Assembly (NCBI GenBank): GCA_035221665.1
Contig: CM069140.1
Coordinates: 21,576,001-21,640,000 of the forward strand
Length of the DNA: 64,000 bases
Reading direction: 5' to 3'
DNA from: Okamejei kenojei
Taxonomy: Eukaryota
Position numbers and translations under genes: made by a program. Numbering within the stretch: position 1 is the stretch's first letter; every line of letters begins with the position of its first letter. Under the pieces are notes generated by a model. That model searched no databases and had not been told where the DNA came from. It saw nothing but the letters and a program-made list of their open reading frames with translations. Shown in pieces: positions 52,991 to 64,000 of this stretch.

Positions 52991-53129
52991 GAGCCACAGA
53001 AAACTTCCAGTAAATTAATAATTGTATTATGAGTTAATTCAAATTTATTGTTGTAATTTAATATTAAGCAGTAGACACTGTAAAATTGCTTTTGATTTTT
53101 GTAATGACTTTTCCTTTCTATTCATGTAG

Positions 53130-53216
53130 ATGCCAAATCGTTCTCGGCTGGAGAGACCATCTGAGCTGATTACCTCTTCATCCTTATTGTCCTTGCCACC
53201 TTTTCCTCTTAATCAG
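53130..53216 (+). CDS. SMG7: SMG7 coding exon
   Basis: catgtag acceptor, CAG|gtatgt donor; MPNRSRLERPSELITSSSLLSLPPFPLNQ. Confidence 0.88.
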
Positions 53217-53254
53217 GTATGTTTAGTAAAATAAATCCTATTTCTATAAATTAA

Positions 53255-53970
53255 CAATGAATGGCAGGGCTCTGGGTAGTTTTGAAGATCAGAGCGACCT
53301 AGGAGTGTAGGTACATAGTTACTTGAAAATGGCATCACAAGTAGATAGGGTGGTCAAGAAGGCTCTCTGCCCATTGGCCTTCATCACTCAGAATATAGAA
53401 ATTGGGATGTCATGTTAGGATCTCACAAAACATTGGTGAGGCCACATTTAGAGTATTGTGTTCAAATTTGTTTACCATGTTATACCTATATGTTATAGGA
53501 AAGATGGTGTTAAGATGTCAAGGGTGCAGAAAAGATAACAAGGATGTTACTTGGTCTCGAGGGCCTCAGCTATAGGGAGAGGTTGAGCAGGTTAGGACTT
53601 TATTCCTTGGAGCGCAGGAGGGTGATCTCATGGAGATGTACAAGATCACGAGAGGAATAGATAGGGTAAATGCAGTGTCTTTTACCTAGCATATGGGAAT
53701 CTAGAACATAGGTTTAAGGTGAGGGGGGGGTAGATTTGAGCCTGAGGGGCAGCGTTTTTACACAAAGGGTGGTAGGTGTATGGAACGAGTTGTCGGAGGA
53801 GGCAGTTGAAGCAGGTAATATAACAGCATTTAAAAGACATGTTCAGAACGATTTAGGCAGAATAGGATAGGTTTAGAGGGATATAGGCCGAATGCATGCA
53901 GGTGGGACTAATGTTGGTTGGTTGGTGTGGGCAAGTTAGGCCAAAGGGTCTGTTTCTACACCGTATGATT
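53255..53970 (+). mobile_element. older CR1 3' fragment
   Basis: ttggtgaggccacatttagagtattgtg, gagcgcaggagg, gggccaaagggtctgtttc-type tail. Confidence 0.8.
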
Positions 53971-55114
53971 AACAAATGTTTTTTGGTGTTATTAGCATTG
54001 TTACCTGAACACGCAGATGAACAACTACTAACAACACTTAAATATACTTTATATTTTGTTATTTTACTTAAGACGCCAATGAAGTAATCATCCAGATATT
54101 ATGGTATTGTTTAGATAAGTCACTGAAGACATTTGTCGTCAACGTCTGGAAGAGTAAAAATTGTACCGGGCAAATTCTATGTTTCTTACGCGAGGTGTGT
54201 TTCACTGATACAGAACCTCACCTTAAACAGATTACCTGCCCTTTGTTCAACATGTATTGTTCAGCGTCCAACTTATTTACTCTGGTTTTTGCTATTGTCA
54301 CCTAATCTTGGTGAGTTGACAGAAAAAAAAAGACACCCTGGAAATAAAGGAAATACTTTCAATATCTGTGAATGTGGGGAGAATAAAAAATAGGATTAAT
54401 ACAGGATTAGTGCAAATGGGTTGGTCAGATTTGATGGACCAAAGTACCTGTTACCATGCTGTATCTCTCTATACCTCTGAATTTCACTGTGTATCCTCAT
54501 CAATAACAAAAAAATTAGCTCAACATTAATTTCATTTGGCCGTTGCAAATTGAATGTTAAATTTTCCGCCAGAAAGTGTGCATTAAAAACGTATTCCAAT
54601 CAGGGACTCCTCAGCAGGTCAGGCAGATCAGCGACAAAAGATATACAACAACAAAAAAGTGCTTTGAAAATCTGAATGCTTTGGAAGGTCTAAATATTTT
54701 GACGAGCAACGAAAGTGCACATTGTTTTAAGCCCTTCAGTACTTGTGCTTCCCTAAGCCCTTTCATATGGTCACTGATGCGTTATACTGACCATATTATT
54801 TTAAAAAAAGGGTAATTATTAACCCAGTGTCAAATGGGCTCTTCAGCCCAACGAGCCCATGCCAACCATCAATCACCTGTTTACACCAGTTCCACGTTCT
54901 CCCACTTTCTCATCCGCTCTCTAGAAGCCAAGGGCACTTTACAGTGGCCAAAAGTTCTAATGTGGTTGTAATGTATTGTTTATTCTTATTATTTATATTT
55001 TTTTTTTATCCTGGAGCACAGAATAGAAGTGGAATAAACGTAAGTTTCTGGAGTAATCATTGTGGAAAAGGGCACAGACAAATCTTGTCATGTGTTCCAA
55101 ATGGATTAGTCTGA

Positions 55115-55372
55115 ATGTGTGGGAAGGAACTATAGATGTTGGTTTAAACTGAAGATAGACACAAAATGCTGGAGTAACTCAGTGGGACAGGCAGCACCTA
55201 TAGTTTTGATGATGTTTCGGGTCGAGACCCTTCAGACTAGAGTCGGGAGCTCTAGTCTGCCTCTAGTCTGCCTCTAGTCTGAAAAGGGGTCTCGTCTCGA
55301 AACATCGGCCATTCCGTCTCTCCAGATATGCTGCCTGTCCCGCTGGGTTACTCCAACATTTTGTGTATCTTT
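55115..55372. mobile_element. Penelope-derived palindromic element
   Basis: inverted arms acacaaaatgctggagtaactcag / ctgggttactccaacattttgtgt; centre carries tandem ctctagtctg copies. Confidence 0.7.
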
Positions 55373-55495
55373 TTCTGAATCATGCTTTGTTTAAACTAAA
55401 TATGAACAAATCTTGTGGTGGTTCCCAAATATACCATTGGAAAGAATTTAGCTTCTATGTAGGTCCATCAGTTTTTCATGCTTTTTTTGTTTCAG

Positions 55496-55655
55496 GAGAA
55501 CCCTCAGAATAACAGCATTTTCAGTGAGGTTTATGGCAAAAATCTGGCACCAAGTGGCAAATCAGAGAATGCACTCCCACAAGCATTCCATGAGACCTCC
55601 TGTTACTCATTATTTGATGGAAACCCTTGGTCCCCATCACTTCCTGCCAGCTCTG
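55496..55655 (+). CDS. SMG7: SMG7 coding exon
   Basis: tttcag acceptor, G|gttagt donor; ENPQNNSIFSEVYGKN...ETSCYSLFDGNPWSPSLPASS. Confidence 0.95.
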
Positions 55656-55899
55656 GTTAGTGTTTTTTTAATTCAGTCTTTGCTAATAAAAATAATGATT
55701 CATCAAGGCAATCGATTACTGAAGATGTTCTTTTACGGGTACTATATAGCTGCACAGTTTTCAGTATAAATGTTACTTTTCAGCATACAGATGTGCTTAG
55801 GATTATTTAATGTAGCATGAAAACCCCTTTCCAAACATTTTATACACCCACACGCGACTTAGACATAAATGAAATGGGTTGGTTAGTAAGTTTACAAAC

Positions 55900-56725
55900 A
55901 ATACCAAAATGGAGTTCCGGACAGCAAGGAAGGTTGTCAAAGTATACAGTTGGATATAGATTAGCTCCAGAAACGGTCAAGAAATAGCAGATGAGGTTTA
56001 ATCCAAGTATGAGGTGTTGCACATTAAAGGTTGAATGTAAGGGGGAACGTATATAGTTAACAGCAAAACCCTGAACAGCATTGATGTACTGAGGGATCTA
56101 GGGGTCCAAGTCCACAGTTTCCATAAAGTGGCAACGACAATAGATAGAGTGGTAAAGAAGGTGAATAGTGTGCTTGTCTTCATACGTCAGGGTCAAGAAG
56201 TCGTGTTGCAGCTTTATAGGACTTTGGTTAAACCTCATTTGCAGTATTGTGTGCAGTTCAGGTCGTTCCATTGCAGGAACGATGTGCAGGCTTTGGACAG
56301 GGTGCAGAAGACGTTTACCACGATGCTGGATTAGAGGGTATCAGCAATAAGGAGGTTGTACAAACTTGAATTGTTTTGGCTGGAGCATCAATGGTTGAAG
56401 GGAGACCTGAGAGGAATATATAAAGATTATCCCAGAGAGAAAAAGTCAACGACTAAAGGGCTTAGCTTTAAGGTGAGAGGGATAAAGTTTAAAGAAGATG
56501 TGTGGGACAAGTTTTTTTTAATGTTATGGTGGGTGCCTGGAACATGCTGCCATGGGTGGTGGTGAAAGTAGATATATTGATACTTGAGAGGATTTTAGAT
56601 AGGCACTTGGAGATGCAGGGAACGGAGGGATATTGATCATGTGGGTACAGAAGAGATTGGCACATGTTCGGTGTGGATATTGTGGGCCAAAGGGTCTGTT
56701 TCTATGTTGTACTCTTCTATGATTT
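55900..56725 (+). mobile_element. older CR1 3' fragment
   Basis: VVLQLYRTLVKPHLQYCVQF..RNDVQALDRVQK. Confidence 0.82.
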
Positions 56726-56935
56726 GTGTTAATTGATGTGCCCTTTGCATGTCTTTGTGGAATCCATATTGGTGGCAAAATGTGAACTCCTTTCACCTGT
56801 GAGATCTGATTCAAATCAATAGATCGCTAGGCTAATCTGAGGGGATGACAGACATTTCCTTTATTGAACTTGCACCGAAGTAAAGGACCTCACTTAAAAT
56901 GTTTTTTCCTCCTTCCCATGCGCTTCAAATAATAG

Positions 56936-57109
56936 ACCACTCGACACCAGCAAGCCAGTCTCCTCACTCCTCTAATCCCAGCAGCTTGCCAAGTTCTCCA
57001 CCAACTCACAACCAAAACTCATTCGCTGGCTTTGGACCGATTGGAACACCTGACAACGGTGAGAGAAGACTGACTGATCGGTGGAACATGAAACGTACGG
57101 ACAAGCCAG
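56936..57109 (+). CDS. SMG7: SMG7 coding exon
   Basis: aatag acceptor, CAG|gtagag donor; DHSTPASQSPHSSNPSSLPSSPPTHNQNSFAGFGPIGTPDN...DRW..TDKP. Confidence 0.96.
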
Positions 57110-57642
57110 GTAGAGTATTTGTTTCTGTTTCATGTATACAAGTTTAACTTTAAGGGAATAATTGTTGTAAGGTATCTGCAAAACATTAGTATCTTTGTGT
57201 ACATCCGGCATTCATGATTTGCTTTCCATAACATTCGTATCTTTTTGATCCATGAAGTGAGAAATGGTGAAATCATTCAGGTGATGAATGTACCTAACTT
57301 GTATCCTATGTCAGGCTCAGTGTTTTCAGAAGACGGATGCCCTACAGATCAAAATCATTTTAAAATGACCAAATGTAGAAAAAAACGTTTTTTTATTTTG
57401 GAAAGAAGGGTAATTCTGTACGGACCACTAAAAAAAAAAATCAGCAAAAGTAAAATGTTTTTGTGGACTATAGCAATACTGAAAACATATGTGATTATAT
57501 CTTCTGTCACAGAAAACTGCTCTAGTTTTTGTAATTAGATAAATTAAAATTATGAAAACTAACTGAACTTGTTTCAACTTTTTTTTTTTAATGTGCATTA
57601 AAAACAATCTGTTTTTCTTTTGGGGAAAATAAAAAACTGTAG

Positions 57643-57791
57643 TAATGAGTGGATTTGGCCTGGACTATCTACCTGCTGCATCCTCGTCTTCAGACATCAC
57701 CTGGCATCAGGTCAATGCTCCGAACAACACGTGGGCTGCCCCAGACACCACACTGGATGACTCGTCCACACTGCTCATGGACAGTTTCAAG
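57643..57791 (+). CDS. SMG7: SMG7 coding exon
   Basis: ctgtag acceptor, AAG|gtatga donor; VMSGFGLDYLPAASSSSDITWHQ...DDSSTLLMDSFK. Confidence 0.93.
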
Positions 57792-57839
57792 GTATGATGA
57801 TTCATCGATTTCTACACCCCTGTCACTGCCCAGTTCCTA

Positions 57840-58275
57840 TTTTAGTTTTAGAGATACAATGCAGAAAACGGCCCTTTGGCCCCCCCATCCCTTACCGAGC
57901 AGCGATCCCCGCACATTAACAATATCTGAAGACGAAGTCTCAACCTGAAACGTCACCCATTCGTTCTCCACAGATGCTGCCTGCCCTGCTGAGTTATTCC
58001 AGCTTTTTGTGTCCATCTTCAGTTTAAACCAGCATCTTCAGTTTCTACCTATCTTACCTACACACACTAGGGACAATTTACACGTATACCAAGCCAATTA
58101 ACCTACAAACCTGGACATCTTTGGATTGTGGGAGGTGACCAAAGATATCTGATAAAACCCACGCGATAACGGGGAGAGCGTACAAACATCTTACACTCGG
58201 CACCCGTAGTCGGGATTTAACCTGGGTCTCCGGCACTGTAAGGCAGCAACTCTACCGCTGCACCACCGTGCCGCA
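57840..58275 (-). mobile_element. HE1-type SINE with inserted Penelope-derived fragment (57925-58050)
   Basis: minus-strand head gcggcacggtggtgcagcggtagagttgctgcc; (ctaaa) tail. Confidence 0.85.
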
Positions 58276-58900
58276 CTGATTTCTTCCCTTGGCTCCCCTG
58301 TTCTGCAGATTCATGTTAATATGTGGTTGGAAACAGATGGAAATAGATAATTTACTTAGCAGTTATTCTCAAAACTCGATGAAAAAGGTTTTGTGATAAG
58401 TTGGTGGGAGCTCACAACGTCCAGATCCCCGTTTCCAGAATGCAGCACTGGACAACAAACAGGAGCGAGTCTATTTCTAGATTTTCAAATGTGTTTTGAT
58501 GTAGGGATACTGAGGATAGTTACATGAAAACTGTAAATTGATCCTACATTAATTAGCACATGACAAGAATTAATACTCGAAGGAACATGGAATAAAACAA
58601 AATGTGCACAAAGTATTCCAACAAATGTTTGACAAACATACTGAATATGAACGATTTTCTTCTGATTGTTTCATATTTCAAGTTTGAGATTATGAATGGA
58701 CACATCCCCCAGAAACTGCCTCGTGGTTCTCGCTAGGAATTGAGATTCAGATTAGTTTATTGCCATAAAAACAAGCATGCAATCTAATTTGTAGTAGGCA
58801 TGAAGATCACGGTGAAAGCAATAAATACAATAAGCACAAGCAATACAGTGACAAATGCAAAACAGCAGAATGATGCAAAGATTGTATGCAATCTGAAGTA

Positions 58901-59258
58901 CAGTAAACCATCGCAATGACAGACCTTTATGTAGCGGATTTCAGTTATAGTGGACCGAGGCTCCTGTTGCACCAAATCTTTCCCCCCACCTCCATTTCCG
59001 CCAGTTTCCGAGTGAGCAGTTGCCACGTTGCATACTTCTGGTTACGAAAGCGGAGAGAGCGAGCAGCATGGTGGTAGCATGAGTACAGGGCTCATCTCAG
59101 CGTGTGGGGCCTGGGTTGGCCTGTGAATACCCTCTTGTTTAACCCCCCCCCCCACGTCACATTTTGTCCCCCACAATTGGTTATAGCGGATGATCAGCAA
59201 TAGACATTACTCTTTACCCCCCTCCCCCACCATGATCCGTTCTCGCGAGGGTTTACTG
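58901..59258. mobile_element. Tigger/pogo-like MITE
   Basis: TA|cagtaaaccatcgc ... gcgagggtttactg|TG; about 25-bp imperfect TIR. Confidence 0.65.
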
Positions 59259-61049
59259 TGGTGCAAAAAAAAGTATAAGAAAGGACTATCAGAATGAGGT
59301 TTTTATTGAGAGTACATTGCAGCACCTTCGGGAAGGGAGTGATTCGTTGGGAAGTTTGATAGCTGTGGGGAAGTAGCTGTTATTAAGCCCAGATGTTCCA
59401 ACTTTCATGCTTCTGTATTTTCTCGGAGAAGATATAAGAGCAAAGGAAACGACCAGGGTTGCAGCCTTCCTAATGCAACACACCATATAGATGGACTTGA
59501 TGGAAGGATGGTGACAAGCCTGTGTTGGACTGGCTGTGTTGACCACTTTCTGCAGGTTCACAGGCAGTCAAAAGCAAAACAGTTGCCATGCCAGGCTGAG
59601 GTGCATCACATCAAATGGCTCTGAATGTTCGCAAATGTCTACAAGAGTAAATATGTTGGTATGCTTTCTTGATCACCACTAGTTAGGTTAATGATATGGT
59701 AATTCTTGGTGCTAATTATATGGTAAGGTGCAAAGAGCCTGCTATTTACCATGTATTTTATATTGCAGAAAAGAGTAAAAGAGTGTTTTTACTCCTTAAA
59801 GTGTGTTTTAAGGAGACTATTGATATGGAGATGTTGGAGTTGCTAGCTTTTTCCTGCATGATGCTAAACATTGGCAGAGTTGACCAGGAAATGTGTCCTA
59901 ATGGCACTTGATCTAGTACAGCCAGATCTGGTGATCAGTGGCAGCATTAGCTGTTTGTAGCTTGGAAAAAAAGGTTCTCCCTCCTAGACTTGGTGCAAAG
60001 GTGAAGACCATCGCTAAGCTATGACAGGGATAGGAAAGAGAAAAGATTTTACTCTGGGCAAGCTGAATGAGTTGACAGCTTTGATTATTATTGTAAATGG
60101 CAACCAAAATTCTAGTTGGTTGTTTGAACGTCCCACTGTAAATGACTTGGGAAGCTTTTAAAAACATGTGCAATAAAAATTGGGGTTGTAAGAGAGTCTG
60201 TCTGATATATGTGAGATAGAATTCACCTTGAAAGCAGAAAGTTAAAGTTTTGTTTCTTATTCTATGGATTGAACCTGTAACAACTTGATACGAAGTAATT
60301 CCCCATTAAAATCCATTAATTCCTCTTAGTACTAGGTCAGGAAACCATGGTACAATTTTGCTTTGGATGTCCAGTGACAATGAATTTGCTACTCTTTCTA
60401 ACCCAAAACCTTGTCTTTTCATAAAAGTAATTGGCAATAATTCCAAATTGTTGTGAGTATAAGTATCACAACTAATATTTATTCCTCAGCGAAGCACACT
60501 AATCCAGATGATCTTCTCCTTTATCTAATTAAATGTTATTTTGGTAATTTTATACGCCATATTTTAAAGTTGTTTTTTAATTTTAATGCAATTATATGGT
60601 AGATGCTACTTGGCCAATTGAGGGAATTATATCAAATCTCGTTGTGGCTGAGAAATTCAGTTCAGCTTTTACATTAAAATTTAGAAATACATCACTGACC
60701 AATTAGATTATCCAAAAACTACCAATTCGGTAATGCCCTTTGAGGGAAGTAAGCTATTTTTCCTTGTATTTAGCCTGGGTGGAATTCTAATCACACATCC
60801 AAGATGTTGACTTTCAATTGTTCGCTGATGTGGCCTTGGTGACAGTTCCCGCAACTCAATGTATTTTTAAATATTGCATTGCAGTTAAACTAAACACATA
60901 AATGGTTTCAAATGGTCTGCTTCTGTGTGATGATATTTATGAGAATGTGGACCATTTCTTAAATATTCTAATTTAAAAAATTCTGATTTAGAATACTACG
61001 ATAAACCATCAGTGTTGGAGAAAGTCACTAGAGATGTTGTGGCTTGATA

Positions 61050-61530
61050 TTCAGAGCCACACATTGTGGAAACAGATCTCTGGACCCAACTTGCCCATGC
61101 TGACCAACAAGCCCCATCTATAATAGTCCCACCTGTCTGGTTTTGGTCTATATTCCATTAAACCTACCCTAGCCATGTACTTATCTGAAAGTTTCTTAAA
61201 AGTTGCGATAGTACCTGCCTCAACTACGTCTCTGGCAGCTTGTTCCATACACCCACCACCCTTTGTGTAAAAAAAAAATAATTATCCCTCGGATTCCCAT
61301 TAAATCTTTCCCCCCCCCCCCCCCCCCCTCACCTTAAACCCCTCTGTTTCTCAATTCCTCTACTCTGGGCTAAAGATTCTGTGTGTTTACATGATCTATT
61401 CCCCTCATGATTTTGTGCACCTCAATAAAGATCATCCCTCATCCTCCTGTGCTATCAAGGAATAAACCCCTACCCTGCTCAATCTCTCCCAATAGCTCAG
61501 TCCTTAAGGTCCTGGCAACATCTCTGAACT
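61050..61530 (-). mobile_element. CR1 3' fragment
   Basis: VVEAGTIATFKK; same family as 53255-53970. Confidence 0.8.
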
Positions 61531-62009
61531 CTTTCAAGCATGCCGACATTTCAATATAACTTGCACTGTTAAGTAAATATTTCATTAAATAATATTTAGT
61601 TGTTAAATATTTGGAACTAAAACCATTCCCAGCAGAAGAGTTAATTTGGAGCAAATATTGTACTTGCAAATTAATGTGAATACTTCCTTTGAATCCTTAT
61701 CTCCTTTGAATGCTTTGCTAATAGTGAGTGTTAAAATCATATTGTTTTTTTTTGTATTCCTTTCAAGTAAGGATAAATGCTAATACAGTGATTAGTTATG
61801 ATGATACAATGAAGAATCATTATTGACCCTCCCATCTTTATAAATTTGAGGTATAAGATTAGTCTCAGGTTTGTCACAAGAAAGGAAATTATGATTTTAG
61901 GGGTAAGATTTGTCTGTGCATTGTCCATGTCTATACTGAAGATATTTTCTTTAAAGGCTGTTGAATTACCATAATGTGAGGATTTTTTCTGTCTTCCCCT
62001 CATCTTCAG

Positions 62010-62123
62010 TCAATCTGGTCAGGTTCAATGATGCATCCTGGACCCTCTGCACTGGAGCAGCTGCTAATGCAGCAGAAACAAAAGCAACAGCGAGGACTCG
62101 GCACACTGAACCCACCACACTGA
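62010..62123 (+). CDS. SMG7: SMG7 terminal coding exon (to TGA)
   Basis: catcttcag acceptor; SIWSGSMMHPGPSALEQLLMQQKQKQQRGLGTLNPPH-stop. Confidence 0.97.
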   Translation, partial: SIWSGSMMHPGPSALEQLLMQQKQKQQRGLGTLNPPH

Positions 62124-64000
62124 GAGGCACAATGGCATGACCGGTGAATCCAGGTTACACAACTCCAAGGCATGTTGGGTTTGCATTACAACCCACGGTC
62201 CCCTGCAGGTGGCAGCCCTCTCTTCTCTGTGTTTTCTTGCTGTAGAGAGGGTGTAAGCACTCCACCAGTGCTGCGTCTGCACAAAGCTGCTGCTGAGGAA
62301 AAAACAAAAAGAACATTACATGCTTCCTGTCACTTCCAGAGGATGGTCCATCACTCGCCTCACTCAATTATCTCCTAACCACTTGATTCTACTGAAAGAT
62401 GTCCTATGTTCTTCTCTGATTTGTACATCTCTAATATGGTTGGGTAATGAAAGGAGGTGAAATGGGAAGAAATCCCAAGTGGATTGAAGTAGTGTTAAAC
62501 AAAATACGAGGAGAATCAGCTAATGAATGCTCTGCTAGTGAGGATGTGGTTAAGTTTTTTTAATCCTCTTTCATCTTGGTTTTTGAGAGTGATCATTTTC
62601 AGCTCTGTTAAGGAACAGGTGTGCTTGTAATCTCTAAATGTAGTGACACTGGCCCATTCGTCAGCTTTCCTCAAACCTATTACATAAGGATGTGGAGGCA
62701 TTCTGTTAGTAAATTTATATGAAGGCAACTTTTCAGACAAGCAAAGGTCTGTGTGTTTGAAAGCAGCTTCACATCACTGCACCTTTAGCTGATAGATTTT
62801 TTAAAAGGAAAAACTAGTTGTTAATGTAATAGCTGCAGTAGTAATTACAATATTAAATACTTGTGATACTGTTCTGTAGCAATCCTAGCTAAAATATTGG
62901 TAAGACGTACAGCAGAGAGCTCTGCTTAAAACAAAAAAAAGCAGTAATTGCTAAGGATTTTAAATTAGTGGTTTTTGATCATAACAGTAGCTATAAATTT
63001 TACTATAGCATACCAACCTTGAAAGGGGTTAATTTATCTATTTAGTTCTAGTTCTGGCTTCTTTTAATTATTAGATAAAAACAGCTTTTGTCAGCTTCTG
63101 TCTGATGGTAATTTTTATTCCTGATTTGGCAGTGTCTTTCAAAGTGGAAAAAGGGTCCAGCAATGCTGCTGGTTCAGCAAAACGGGGCACAAAGCAGGTA
63201 TGTGAGTGAGTAAGTGGGCCACTTGTACTTGTGGGTGTTTGTTACTGCATGTGGCCACCTGCTACTCCCATTTACAATTTAAAAGAGAAAATATATGAAA
63301 AGCATGGGTTATACACTGTGGTCATCTTATCAGTAGGTTTCAGGCTCTTGAATGTAACAAACATTTGTCCTTTTATTGAGCTTTGTGGAAAGATCTGAAT
63401 GTATTGTAAGCAGACTCGCGTGAAAATGTCTGTTAAAATCATTCTTCAGCAATGGAAAAAGTACTTGCAGTAGAAACTATTTCAGTTGAATTCCTAATGG
63501 CAAAAGCTGATGTAATTGCAGGAAAACAAATGTTTTCTGGTATTTTGCAATTGAAGAGTTACATTGTCTGAGTTACTGAGAGCTGTTCAAAATCAATATC
63601 TCATGCTTGTGGGGGAGAAGTACAGTGCTCAGGTGCAGGTTAGGCCACGTTGGTAAGATGTGCAACACTAGAAAGGAGAGGTATAGAAAAGGAATTGTTT
63701 TTTTTTGAGAAATGATATTTAACAACTTCTTCACAGTATGAAGACCTAAAAAAACTAAGGCAACCTCCACACCCTATTTTTCTTAACACAAAAAATGTAA
63801 TCCAACAGTACTTTGTGCCAGTTAAAGGTATAGCTCCACAGTCAACCCACTGAAACATTCCACCATTCTGCTCTGGTCACCTAAATCTAAAGCAATTCTG
63901 GTACTGAATCACCTCGCCCTTGGGTGTACTCACTGAGCTGACGAGTCCCAGAAGGTCAGCAGAAGTGCCAGGGCATGAATTCACAACCTGCATGCATGTA
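62124..64000 (+). other. SMG7: SMG7 3'UTR (probably continues past the window)
   Basis: follows the stop codon; no recognisable TE; no AATAAA noticed, one ATTAAA near 62852. Confidence 0.7.

Noticed and set aside
11265-58275. tRNA genes at A/B-box-like motifs
   Set aside because: All are heads of HE1-type SINEs followed by SINE core and LINE-like tails; no cloverleaf.
62121-62170. Stop-codon readthrough or selenocysteine recoding at the SMG7 TGA
   Set aside because: Context TGA-G is not the CUAG readthrough motif, another in-frame TGA follows after 6 codons, and no convincing SECIS core is seen.
62172-62378. 68-aa downstream ORF in the 3'UTR
   Set aside because: No homology recognised; overlaps the hairpin element, which explains the sequence better.

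Overview
Eukaryotic (cartilaginous-fish-like, probably skate/ray judging from HE1-type SINEs and CR1/HER1-type LINEs) genomic DNA. The whole window lies inside one + strand gene, SMG7 (nonsense-mediated mRNA decay factor). It holds 18 coding exons from the TPR/14-3-3-like region (118) to the stop codon (62123) plus about 1.9 kb of 3'UTR; the 5' exons are upstream of the window. Four exons and several TEs carry dense indels that look like uncorrected long-read errors rather than real pseudogenisation. Introns are packed with CR1 LINEs, Tc1 transposons, tRNA-derived SINEs, Penelope-derived palindromic elements with hammerhead-ribozyme cores, MITEs and a Helitron-like element with a 48-bp minisatellite. 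The most unusual item is a decayed, GC-rich tristetraprolin (ZFP36)-family gene fragment lying antisense in an intron (31265-31875) and bracketed by imperfect inverted repeats, suggesting capture by a DNA transposon. The SMG7 3'UTR also shows hairpins and a stacked cluster of 5' splice-site consensus motifs that could be relevant to NMD autoregulation. Comparisons to human proteins are from memory; no database search was run.
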